64,000 nucleotides of DNA from Alphaproteobacteria bacterium. Its GTDB lineage: Bacteria > Pseudomonadota > Alphaproteobacteria > Micavibrionales > UBA2020. The position numbers were made by a program, and so were the translations under genes. The notes beneath the pieces are model-generated. The model ran no database searches and was not told where the DNA came from. It worked only from the letters and a program-made list of their open reading frames with translations. Each line of letters begins with the position of its first letter. Positions within the stretch are counted from its first letter, which is position 1. The stretch lies in the NCBI GenBank assembly GCA_027483355.1, contig JAIXUW010000292.1:222226-286225 (forward strand), read 5' to 3'. Positions 38,813 through 47,453 of the stretch are shown here, in pieces.

Positions 38813-40276
38813 TCACTTGTTCATAATCCTTTTAATAGCCGCCATTGCCGCCTTGCACTTGCGAGAATGCTCAATATAGTTTTCCAGATGCCTGCGCAAA
38901 TCCTCGACTTCTCGTGTGGAATCTTTCACATTATCAACAATACTCCTAAGTGCGTCAATCTTCTCCAGCGTAGGCAGAATGTTCAAGCTCTCAGACGCGA
39001 TCACAGCGCCCGCGGTGACAGAAATTTTGGCATTCCTCTTAAAGTAAGTCTCGGTCGACTCGTCGACCTTGATCCTCTTAGGTTGAAACATCTTCTCGAT
39101 CACGTTCTGTTCGGGCGCAGTCTTTCTCTTGCCCGGTTTTCTTCCACGCTTGCCCGTCTCAAACTCGGGCTCCTTGAAATCGATGAAATAGACCGGATTC
39201 GCATTCACCAGGCCGGTCTTGCAGTTAAAGAGAGACAAATGCTCCAAGGAATACACGTTGCATAGAGTGAGTCGACTGCATGCATAATCTTCGAGGTAAA
39301 GCGCGCGTCGGTTCTCGTTGGCAAACGAAGTCTTGCGCTGAATGACATGACTGATAAAATCATGAATCCGCCCTCTCAAAATCGACTCGATCAGTTTGTA
39401 CCGGTACATGAATAGCCCGGCCAACTGGCGATGCAGAGACGTTTTAACGCCGCGCGTTTTCAAATGCGTCACGTAGCCACGCGCTTCAAAATGAGCAAAA
39501 TCGGGAATGCCACGCTCGTCGCGCATGCCCTCGGTGAAATACGTTTCAAGATCGAGACAGAACGGAGCAGCGTGCTCAATGTCGAAATTCTCAGGAATTC
39601 CAAAGACAAAATCGCATGGACTGTATCTTAGCATGAATGCTTGGCGATTGATGGGGTATTTTGCAATATAAGATGTAAAAGAAAGAATGGGCTTGCCCTT
39701 CAAGCCCTCAGGCAAGGCAAATGGTGCCTTTGAAATAGCTTGATTCAGCTTGATAACAAGATCCTTCTCGGCTGCAAGCTCGGAATTGAGATTGGGATCA
39801 AGGGACTCGGATAAATTTTCAAGGGAAGCGAGATCGACACGCGTCAAGGGAGCGGGCGCAGGCGCGGACACAGAACTATCCTCGTCCGACTCGTCGCTCT
39901 CTTCATCATCCGAATCGAATTCATCGGGCTGTTCTTGTCGCCTGGACACAATAGTCTCAAAAGTGGAAAGGTCCGCAAGAACGGATTCCGCGGCACCGGC
40001 GGCGGTGGAGCTTCCAAAGGAGGCATCGGCTAAACTTTCCTCCGACTCCAAACCGTTGGCCTCGGGCGCGTCCTCGAGATCGACTTCAGAACTCTCAGAA
40101 TCACTTTGAAGTTCTTCCATTTGAGTCAGCAAAATGATTTGAGATTCTATAAAGGGCTGCCAGGCGAGCGGGACGGAAGGCTCCGGATCTTGCTCACGCG
40201 GCTCCAAAAGTTCCATATCAAATTTGGAATCAGATGAAGGCAAATTATCGTGAATTTCAAAATCGACAACTTCCAT
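38813..40276 (-). CDS. acidic nuclear-type protein with basic GRKPGKRK patch
   Basis: ORF 38813..40354; ATG at 40276 (MEVVDFEIHDN...). Long Asp/Glu/Ser-rich N-terminal half (DEFDSDDEESDESDEDSS). TGKRGRKPGKRK (AT-hook/NLS-like). C-terminal coiled-coil-like segment. Confidence 0.65.
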   Translation of the reverse strand: MEVVDFEIHDNLPSSDSKFDMELLEPREQDPEPSVPLAWQPFIESQIILLTQMEELQSDSESSEVDLEDAPEANGLESEESLADASFGSSTAAGAAESVLADLSTFETIVSRRQEQPDEFDSDDEESDESDEDSSVSAPAPAPLTRVDLASLENLSESLDPNLNSELAAEKDLVIKLNQAISKAPFALPEGLKGKPILSFTSYIAKYPINRQAFMLRYSPCDFVFGIPENFDIEHAAPFCLDLETYFTEGMRDERGIPDFAHFEARGYVTHLKTRGVKTSLHRQLAGLFMYRYKLIESILRGRIHDFISHVIQRKTSFANENRRALYLEDYACSRLTLCNVYSLEHLSLFNCKTGLVNANPVYFIDFKEPEFETGKRGRKPGKRKTAPEQNVIEKMFQPKRIKVDESTETYFKRNAKISVTAGAVIASESLNILPTLEKIDALRSIVDNVKDSTREVEDLRRHLENYIEHSRKCKAAMAAIKRIMNK

Positions 40277-40653
40277 TTTCCGGGCACGGGAGCGGTACGG
40301 GAACCGGAAACAAAAAAAAACTGGGCCGAACACAAAACACTGTGTGTTAGACACCGCAAAACCGACCAGCGCGTTCGAATGTTATCAAAAAGACGTACAA
40401 TACAATGTTCTAAAGAATAGACAGCTCAAAATCGAGGAGACGCGATGAATTGAAATTAACCAAGCGCCATTTTTCTGCTGTTGTCCAAACTTGCGCGCAA
40501 TTTCCCCCCTTTTGTCGACCCCCTATCGCCAACCCACATGTTTTTACAAATCATTTATATCCAAATATGTACACAAATCGATAGAACATCGAGAACTCGA
40601 TATAATACACTGAGTGGGATGAGAGGAGGAATTACAAAATGTAAACCAAGAGC

Positions 40654-42030
40654 TCAGGTCGCTATCTTTTTCGAACTCGGTTCTAGCATGTCATCATCGC
40701 CCTTAATAGAAGGTCTAATCTTACGCTTTGGAGGTCTAAACTTGAAAGGTATCCACTCGCCTCTGTGATTGGGTTGCTCCAAGTGCCGCCGCAAGTGCAT
40801 TTTGTCAAATTCAGAGCAGTACATCACTTGGCACACGGCCTCGGTCAACGAGAAGGGTCTAATGAGTCCAATATCAAACATGTACTCGCAGCTCAGCGTG
40901 ACAATGTTGGACAAATACTCGGCCTTTTTCTTGTGACCCTCGGTCATCGCTTGATGTTTTGGGTCGTAGCATACCACAAATCCGCTAAAGGGAACAATGA
41001 AGCGGTTCAAATACGCCGTTGCCAAATCCGAAAAGAATTCGTCCAAGTTATAGTCCACGCACTCTGCGTTTTGAGAGTACATAATCGCTTTGACGCTTCT
41101 AGCTATGGTCAGTAAATCACGCATGGGACAATGGACTTGACGTGCCGAATCGGCTGTGTAGACAATGTAGGAGCTCCCGATTCCGCCAGTCCAGTTCCGG
41201 AACTCGGCGCACCCAAAATCCACAATTTTCCACTCGTAAATGCCAAAACTGTTCAGTTTCAAAAGTACGTTACCCGTATGAAGATCGTTGTGTAGAATTC
41301 CAATCTTGTTCATCTTGTCAATGCATCGTATGAGTGAATTGGCGGCCGCGGGGCTCCGCAAAAAGCAACCCATGGATATCGACTGTTCGCAAGTAGGTAA
41401 ATCGGCGATCATTTTCATGCAGTGATAGAGAGACGTGCCAGCGTGGTCCATGACTATGCAAAAGGCCCGACCGCGAATAATAGTGTTCTCGTTGGTTGAA
41501 CTAAGCCCAAAGGAGTCGACAGTGAACATGGCGTAGATCTTTGGCCCTATTCCGTGATCGCCCGCGATCTTTCCGATTTTATGCTCTGCCTCCAGTTCTT
41601 CTAAAAACAGTTTAAATCGTTCGCAATAGGGAATCTCCGCATGGGTCTTAAAATGAGACGATGAAAAATTGACAATCTTCATGGCGTACGAGGCCGTTTC
41701 CGTTTTATCCGACCTGGCATATACGCTATAAATCGCACTGGCGGGGCCGGAACCCAATTTCTCGCACCAATTCGGATTCTGTGGATGCTTTGCGAATTCG
41801 TAGCCGGCCTCGCGGACTTGTGACCGGGAAACGCAAATGCGCGGGCGCTGACTGCCGCTTGATATTTCGCACCACTCATTTTTGTTGTATTTGTAACGAT
41901 GGTAGATGTCAGTTTCTTTAGGAGCCGACGGAGACGAAGACGACAATGAAGAAGAAGATGAACGAGAAGCGTCGTTTGTGGGTGGCAGCACAGGAGTACG
42001 AGCGCACTCGGCACTTGTTTCCTCGGCCAT
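40654..42030 (-). CDS. Ser/Thr protein kinase
   Basis: ORF 40654..42045 starts on TTG; ATG at 42030 (MAEETSAE...). Subdomain II YAMKIV, catalytic loop HNDLHTGNVLL (HxD...N), and DFGCAEF (DFG). Ser-rich N-terminus. Confidence 0.85.
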   Translation of the reverse strand: MAEETSAECARTPVLPPTNDASRSSSSSLSSSSPSAPKETDIYHRYKYNKNEWCEISSGSQRPRICVSRSQVREAGYEFAKHPQNPNWCEKLGSGPASAIYSVYARSDKTETASYAMKIVNFSSSHFKTHAEIPYCERFKLFLEELEAEHKIGKIAGDHGIGPKIYAMFTVDSFGLSSTNENTIIRGRAFCIVMDHAGTSLYHCMKMIADLPTCEQSISMGCFLRSPAAANSLIRCIDKMNKIGILHNDLHTGNVLLKLNSFGIYEWKIVDFGCAEFRNWTGGIGSSYIVYTADSARQVHCPMRDLLTIARSVKAIMYSQNAECVDYNLDEFFSDLATAYLNRFIVPFSGFVVCYDPKHQAMTEGHKKKAEYLSNIVTLSCEYMFDIGLIRPFSLTEAVCQVMYCSEFDKMHLRRHLEQPNHRGEWIPFKFRPPKRKIRPSIKGDDDMLEPSSKKIAT

Positions 42031-42059
42031 TCTAACAGATCCCAAAAATAGTGTAGGTG

Positions 42060-42296
42060 TTAGAGAACAATGTAGAAAATTTGATATCGAAGAAAGAGCA
42101 CAGGCCTAGATGGGTAAAGGCAAAAAACGATGCCGACAAGAGCCAGTGAATGCAAATAATATGACACTGTGAAGAATGTGATTATTGAACAAGAATAAAT
42201 GCTCCAATGCCAAGTAGCAAATCGCTGTGGAATGAGGCTGCCCGGAACAGCAGGCAAAGTGACGACGGAATGAGAGGGAGAAAGGGGTTTGGTCAT
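42060..42296 (-). CDS. possible small hydrophobic protein (78 aa)
   Basis: ATG ORF whose stop lies 30 nt upstream of the kinase start, which is typical spacing here. It contains IYSCSIITFFTVSYYLHSLALVGIVFCLY. There is no other support. Confidence 0.25.
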   Translation of the reverse strand: MTKPLSPSHSVVTLPAVPGSLIPQRFATWHWSIYSCSIITFFTVSYYLHSLALVGIVFCLYPSRPVLFLRYQIFYIVL

Positions 42297-42910
42297 GCGA
42301 AAATCCGAGATATATCAAAAGCGTGGATTGGAAGAAAAAAGAGGCACATGTGCCACATCAAACCAATATGATATTCGATGAATTGAATAACGTAAAGCAA
42401 CGTAGCATTCCAATGAAAAGAGGTTGGGCGGCTCACCGCGAATTTCCGACAATCTGCATATCTTACATTATTATCACATGAGTAGTATGTATATACATTT
42501 GGATAAAATGGATTCAGTAAACGCCTACGTTCCTTATAAACGCCAAATCAGTATTTTTTTCGCGAACTAGAATTCAACGTTTACGCAGTTGATAACGGCC
42601 ATGTAAAATGGCTTGAATGACTTAATATTGCCAAAAATTTGTGGGCGTCAAATCAAGTGACAAAGAGCAGCACAAACTTTACACTGAATTGACTGTGGCG
42701 GCAACCTTGGCTCAGTTCAAGGTAAAGCAGGTGCGCTCAATGTGCTTGCGACGATCTCAAAACCTTGTATACTAAAGTATAGTCTTTTGTAGCCGTTTAA
42801 AACGCCGCCGTCGTACCCCCGCCCCACCTTTCTTTTCCGCGTTACCTACAATTGCGCCGGCACTGAAAAAGGGCTTTTACCGTTTATATACACATGACTA
42901 CTCTCAGACG

Positions 42911-43099
42911 TCATTTGCCAGTCGGAACTGGACGCATAGAACCGTTCATCCATTGCCGCGTTATTCCGTATAGTTCGGCTTCTTTTTTCGTAATAGTTCC
43001 AACGGCAGCCAGGTCATTCATCCAATCAGATGAAGAAGGGGCCTGTTTTTGGGGCGGTTTCGCGTCATCGCGGGCCGGTTCAGCGGGTTTGCCAGACAT
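42911..43099 (-). CDS. possible small hydrophilic protein (62 aa)
   Basis: ATG ORF (MSGKPAEPARDDAKPPQKQAPSSSDWMNDLAAVGTITKKEAELYGITRQWMNG...). Its composition is more protein-like than the overlapping plus-strand ORF 42894..43103. No other support. Confidence 0.3.
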   Translation of the reverse strand: MSGKPAEPARDDAKPPQKQAPSSSDWMNDLAAVGTITKKEAELYGITRQWMNGSMRPVPTGK

Positions 43100-43275
43100 T
43101 TGAATAAAGATGGTATTTGCACAAGAAATTGGGATATGCTAGACTTTTTGTATCGCTAGAGACGTCCGAAAACAACTCCCCCTTCTTGTAAGCCACTTTC
43201 TTAAAACCGTTTCTTGGATTTTTCTCGCCAAATCATTTTTGGTAATTTGTGTACATTTTACTAATACACAAAAGC

Positions 43276-45356
43276 ATGGGGGCTCAAACCCCATTTTCGG
43301 CCGTCGCTGTTTTTTTTGAATCTCTGCCGGAAGAACTCAAATTGACTGTGCGTTAAAACCCATTGCTTCTAAAACGTGTTCTGGCACTGACTCTTTGTTT
43401 TACGTATCTAGATCTTCTTCCTTTTGCCGTTTCGCAGTTTGAAAGCAGCGAGATTGGTCTGTAAAAAGTACGGTTCTATGCGCAAAAGTGCCAAACAAAG
43501 CCGTTGTTTTTTTTGTGACCTTGCACCTCGTATAGATGGTATCGAATTTCAATCGATCAAAGAATTTGGAAAAACTTGCATGAAAGATTCTTCGGGATAC
43601 CTCATTTCCCGCTGTACTCGACACACGACTTGGCGGAACAGCCCAAAAGCGTACCCAAAGCTGGCGCGAATACGTCGACGTTTCCTTCCAGCCCTCCCAT
43701 CATCTCATCTTCTGTGGAACCAAAACATGTTTTTTCATACGAGCCCGGCACGGACCGCGAGACGATTTTTCGTCGGTTGCATCGTGAATACAAACGCGTG
43801 AACAATCTCCAAGAGCGGTTGCTTTGGGCTATCGAAGGCCATTATTTTGAGCTTACAAAGCGGCTTGTGGAGAAAAAGGGCGCCGTGATCGAACGCGACA
43901 AGCCCAAAATGAGCTACGGTGCTCTGTACGCCGCTGCGAAAATTGGATGCGGACAGATCACAGCTTATTTGATTAATAAGGGCGCTAATATAAATGCATT
44001 GGCGGATGACAAATCGACACCGTTGTACATCGCGGCACAGAACGGGTGTATTGACTCTTTGAAATTGCTCATCAACGCCGGCGCTTCACTGGAGTGTGTT
44101 TTCAAGTACGTTTTCAAATTTTCATGTAAATATGCGATCTAACACGACTTTTGCACCGATAGTGATGGCTACACACCCCTCTACATTGCGTCCCAAACAA
44201 ATCGGGTGGAAGCCGTTCGACTTTTAGTCGACGCCAAAGCAAAAATCAATGCTTGTTGCTCTCAAGGTTCCACGCCTTTGTATATCGCCGCTCAACAGGG
44301 CCATTTGGAAGTCGCAAAGGTTTTAGTGTCCGCCGGCGCTAACATTGAATCCAAATTCAAAACGGGGTTTACTCCAATCTATGTCGCATCAAGAAACAGC
44401 CATTCGGCGATTGTAGAGTATTTGATTGAAAAAGGAGCGTCGGTCAACGCCAGTGACGGTGACGGATCGACGCCTCTTTACGTGGCATCCCAAAAGTGCG
44501 GTTTTGCGATTTTTATTCCAAACTACAATTGCATTATTCTAACAAACGTGTAAGCGCAGTGGCAGCATAGAATGTGTGCGGGTACTGCTTCAACACGGAG
44601 CTGATCACAGAATCGCCTTCATGAATGGATTCGCTCCGCTTTATATTGCTAGCCAAAATGGACACGCGGAAATTGTAGATCTTTTGTGCAAATCAGGCTC
44701 AGAGGTGAACCGCGTTGCGGACAACGACTTGACAGCGTTATACGTGGCCTGTCAAAACGGGCATGTCGGGGCTGTCGCGCGGCTGCTCAGCCACGGAGCC
44801 AATGCAGATGTTGTGTTCGACGCGGGTTATAGGCCACTTTACATTGCTTCCCAGAAGAACCATGTCGAAATCGTGGAATTGCTTGTCTCGCATGGCGCGC
44901 CTATCAACGCAGTCACGGGCAAGAAGGCAACCGCGTTATATGTTGCATGTCAAAAGGGCAATTTTCAAATTGTCAAATATCTTTTGGAACATGGAGCGGA
45001 TCCAGCGTTGCGGTTTCAAGTACGTTTTCGACGCCGCACTCCGGTTCTTTTTTACTTTCCATAATATCCAACACCTTATTTTCCCCTAGAACGGATTTAC
45101 ATGTCTGCATATTGCCGCGCAAGAAGGCAACGAAAGAGTAGTCGAGTATTTGCTAGAAAACACGAAAATCAACCCTTCAACAAAGTCGAATGATCAGAGA
45201 ATGGCAGCAGAAGTGGCAAAAAAGGCGACTATAACAAAAATAATCAGGGAGAAAATTGAGCAAATGTATACAAAGCCGGCACCCCATCCTGTGCAAACGC
45301 AGGCACTACAAAAACCTCGGTGCATGTGCCGAGAGTGTGTAGTCAGACGGTCTTAG
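43276..45356 (+). CDS. F-box + ankyrin-repeat protein, multi-exon (about 594 aa)
   Basis: Proposed exons are 43276..43347, 43412..43650, 43692..44105, 44163..44495, 44560..45019 and 45090..45356, totalling 1785 nt in frame.
- Exons 1+2 give MGAQTPFSAVAVFFESLPEELKLT|IFFLLPFRSLKAARLVCKKY, a canonical F-box.
- Later exons give about 11 ANK repeats (TPLYIAAQNGH..VV..LL..GA).
- Splicing restores the repeat register at every junction.
- The ORF-track pieces 43576, 44206, 44576 and 45150 all start on TTG/GTG, not ATG.
- The exon 2/3 junction is tentative. Confidence 0.75.
43348..43411 (+). other. spliceosomal-type intron (64 nt)
   Basis: GTGCGT...cactgactc (CTGAC about 20 nt from the 3' end)...TCTAG. 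It removes an in-frame TAA and joins the two halves of the F-box in phase 0. Confidence 0.7.
43651..43691 (+). other. candidate very short intron (41 nt, tentative)
   Basis: A frame change from the 43424 frame to the 43576 frame is required between about 43600 and 43700. GTACCC...tttccttccag gives the right phase. The alternative 43614..43660 (47 nt) also fits, so this is not resolved. Confidence 0.3.
44106..44162 (+). other. spliceosomal-type intron (57 nt)
   Basis: GTACGT...tctaacac...gatAG. It joins ...LECVF + N + DGYTPLYIASQ across a split AA|T codon. Confidence 0.8.
44496..44559 (+). other. spliceosomal-type intron (64 nt)
   Basis: GTGCGG...ttctaacaaac...gcgCAG. It joins ...TPLYVASQ + N + GSIECVRVLLQHGAD. 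Confidence 0.8.
45020..45089 (+). other. spliceosomal-type intron (70 nt)
   Basis: GTACGT...atccaacacc...ttttcccctAG (good polypyrimidine tract). It joins ...GADPALRFQ|NGFTCLHIAAQEGN in phase 0. Confidence 0.8.
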
Positions 45357-45372
45357 ACACATTGTAAACAAA

Positions 45373-46353
45373 ATGGATGCTGTTGTTCTTATTACATTGC
45401 TAGAAACAATTGATTTTGCTGCTAAAAAGCACTCCAAGCAACGCAGAAAGAACGCCGATGCCTCGCCCTACATCGGCACGCCCTCTTTGCATTTTTTTCG
45501 CGCGCGTGTATGACACAGCAACGCCTAACACTTTTATGTTCAAACACAGAGCATCCGATTGGCGTTGCCAAATTGCTGGCAGCGGTTGGTGGTGTCACCG
45601 ACATTTCTACGCTCCAAGCCGGCGTATTACACGATACGCTTGAAGACACGGACACTACATTTCAAGAATTGCAGTCCAAGTTTGGCGAGAAAGTGGCCAA
45701 AATTGTGCGGGAAGTACGTACTTTGAGTTTGGCGTTGCCAAGAACGCTAAGAACGGCTCGTTTTCAGGCCCTTGTTTCTTACAAATCCCACACAGGTTAC
45801 CGACGACAAGAGTCTGCCCAAAGACGAACGCAAGAGACTTCAGATCTCACATGCTCCTCATATGTCGACCGAGGCCAAGCTCGTAAAGCTCGCCGACAAG
45901 CTGCACAATCTTCAATCCCTTCAGATCGAGTCTCCTGCTTTATGGTCTAAATCTCGTATTCAAGGATACTTTGCGTGGGCGCACGCTGTCGTCGCTGGTC
46001 TTCGAGGCACAAATCTTTGGCTCGAATCCGCGTTGAAGCAAGTTTTCTCTGGATCGTTCAAGTGCAAAGAGGGCATGTTTCCTACTTTGCCCGAAAACAC
46101 AGAGGCTGCTCTCGAAAATTATCTCAAGGAAATGAAAGAAGTGGATCAGACGGAGAAAGCGCCAAAAATTGTGGGCATCGTCGTTGGTAACATGTGCTTA
46201 AAAACAAAGCCGTGCCAGCATGTTGTTGAAATGGTTTTTGCCGACGGTCGCAGAGAGAAAAAGCGCATGGACGCCGCTGATGTCGCTTTGGCCTTCAAGA
46301 ACGCAAACCTGACGATTCCCGATCATTTTGTAAACGATGTAGCTCACTTTTGA
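45373..46353 (+). CDS. MESH1/HDDC3-like HD-domain hydrolase ((p)ppGpp-hydrolase/small-alarmone-hydrolase fold) with extra C-terminal ~60-aa domain, 3 exons
   Basis: Exon 1 is MDAVVLITLLETIDFAAKKHSKQRRKNADASPYI.... Exon 2 is HPIGVAKLLAAVGGVTDISTLQAGVLHDTLEDTDTTFQELQSKFGEKVAKIVRE. Exon 3 is VTDDKSLPKDERKRLQISHAPHMSTEAKLVKLADKLHNL.... The order matches metazoan MESH1 as I recall it: (DFAA.KH..QRRK....PYI.HP.GVA, LLHDT.EDT, EVTDDK.LPK.ERKR.Q, KLVKLADKL.NL). The C-terminal 46165..46329 is an added domain. Confidence 0.8.
45506..45549 (+). other. first intron of the HD-hydrolase gene (boundaries ambiguous: 45506..45549 GT-AG, or 45476..45549 GC-AG)
   Basis: The acceptor aaacaCAG|AG is preceded by gcctaacac. 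The only in-phase GT donor (GTGTAT at 45506) leaves a 10-aa insertion (GTPSLHFFRA) inside the conserved PYI.HP motif. A GC donor at 45476 would give PYIEHPIGVA, matching the family motif. Confidence 0.5.
45714..45795 (+). other. spliceosomal-type intron (82 nt)
   Basis: GTACGT...cttac...cacaCAG. It joins KIVRE|VTDDKSLPKDERKRLQ in phase 0 and restores the conserved EVTDDK motif. Confidence 0.85.
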
Positions 46354-46457
46354 TAAAATGCGGAAGATGCAACCGCTGTCCCCCTAAACTGGCAAGTGAA
46401 AAAAAAGTGGTCAGTTTCGCGCCTCTCAATAGAGTCAGTTCTCAAGTTTTGTCTAAA

Positions 46458-47027
46458 ATGCTACGCCAATTGTCCATATTCTTTATCAATCTATCATACG
46501 TGTGCTCGTATGCGCCCATTTTCATCATACCAGTCTTGCAACTGGGTCTGCCGTACGCTGCGCCGCTTCTGGCGCACTTTTTGCTTCGCTTGGACTTGTG
46601 GACTATATTCATGGCTCATTTCGCAGTGAATATCATGCTCGGCGTTATCTTTGGCGTGTGGGTGTTCTACCTTATGAACGGTTGTTGGGAGAAGCACGAG
46701 AGGGAGCTCCAGCGAGAGAGCTGGTGTCCCAAATCCTGCGTTCATCCGCGCAGAGTGGACCATTTTGCAGTCACCCGATTCTTTTTCATGTGGACGTGGG
46801 TGTTATTCACAATCTCACTCTCTTCGCTTGCAAACTTTGCCACCACAGTCGTGTTGGACAACATGTACAGTAACGCGACAGAAAACAGAGTCGGCGGCTA
46901 TGCTGCCCTCGCTTTTCTCGCGCCGTTTGCCATGTTAGTATCAAGAGGTGTGCTGGAAATGGGTCTGTGTATTTACGAGATGGATTTTGCACGCGAAGTG
47001 TGTGACGAAGACAAAGTTGTGAAATAA
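46458..47027 (+). CDS. multi-pass membrane protein (189 aa)
   Basis: ORF 46350..47027 starts on TTG overlapping the preceding stop; ATG at 46458 (MLRQLSIFFINLSYVCSYAPIFIIPVL...). At least four hydrophobic segments. No motif recognised. Confidence 0.6.
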   Translation: MLRQLSIFFINLSYVCSYAPIFIIPVLQLGLPYAAPLLAHFLLRLDLWTIFMAHFAVNIMLGVIFGVWVFYLMNGCWEKHERELQRESWCPKSCVHPRRVDHFAVTRFFFMWTWVLFTISLSSLANFATTVVLDNMYSNATENRVGGYAALAFLAPFAMLVSRGVLEMGLCIYEMDFAREVCDEDKVVK

Positions 47028-47119
47028 ACGATTTACAGACACCCCACAGTTTTTCGAGTGGATGACGCGGCACTAGAGTTCTTGTTCGACCCAGTCGCTT
47101 ATTTTTCGCCGCGTGAAAC

Positions 47120-47350
47120 ATGGAACCGAGAAAAGTAGCCCAAATCATACCCAGTGAACTGTGCCGTTCAACTTTTCCGTGCCTACATTCGGTTAAAATT
47201 GTCTTCCAAGACGGAACTGTGGAAACCAAAACAATGGATGGCAACGACATTGCTCAACTCTACCTTAATGCAAACATACAAGTCCCCGCGCACTTTGCCA
47301 TGTATATATCGTCTCCAACGTTTAGTGCAAGCGGTCTCTCTAAACACTAA
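47120..47350 (+). CDS. small protein (76 aa) homologous to the C-terminal domain of the HD hydrolase
   Basis: MEPRKVAQIIPSELCRSTFPCLHSVKIVFQDGTVETKTMDGNDIAQLYLNANIQVPAHF aligns with KIVGIVVGNMCLKTKPCQHVVEMVFADGRREKKRMDAADVALAFKNANLTIPDHF. About 24 of 55 positions are identical by my manual alignment. Confidence 0.55.
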   Translation: MEPRKVAQIIPSELCRSTFPCLHSVKIVFQDGTVETKTMDGNDIAQLYLNANIQVPAHFAMYISSPTFSASGLSKH

Positions 47351-47376
47351 CAATAAACTCTTATGTGCTCGAAAAT

Positions 47377-47448
47377 GCCGGCGTGGTTCAATTGGTAGAA
47401 TACCTGGTTGTGGCTCAGGCGACGATGGTTCGATTCCACCCGCTGGCA
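47377..47448 (+). tRNA. tRNA-His (anticodon GTG)
   Basis: Manual cloverleaf:
- acceptor gccggcg/cgctggc (one G-U)
- D arm gttc-aattggta-gaat
- anticodon arm cctgg-ttGTGgc-tcagg
- 4-nt variable region
- T arm gatgg-ttcgatt-ccacc (one A-C mismatch, B-box GGTTCGATTCC)
- discriminator A
There is no encoded G-1 or CCA, which is the eukaryote style. Confidence 0.7.
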
Positions 47449-47453
47449 TTGCG

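Noticed and set aside
42690-42770. Possible tRNA (ggctcagttcaagg resembles a D arm)
   Set aside because: There is no GGTTCGA-type T loop, no complementary acceptor strands, and no stable anticodon stem.
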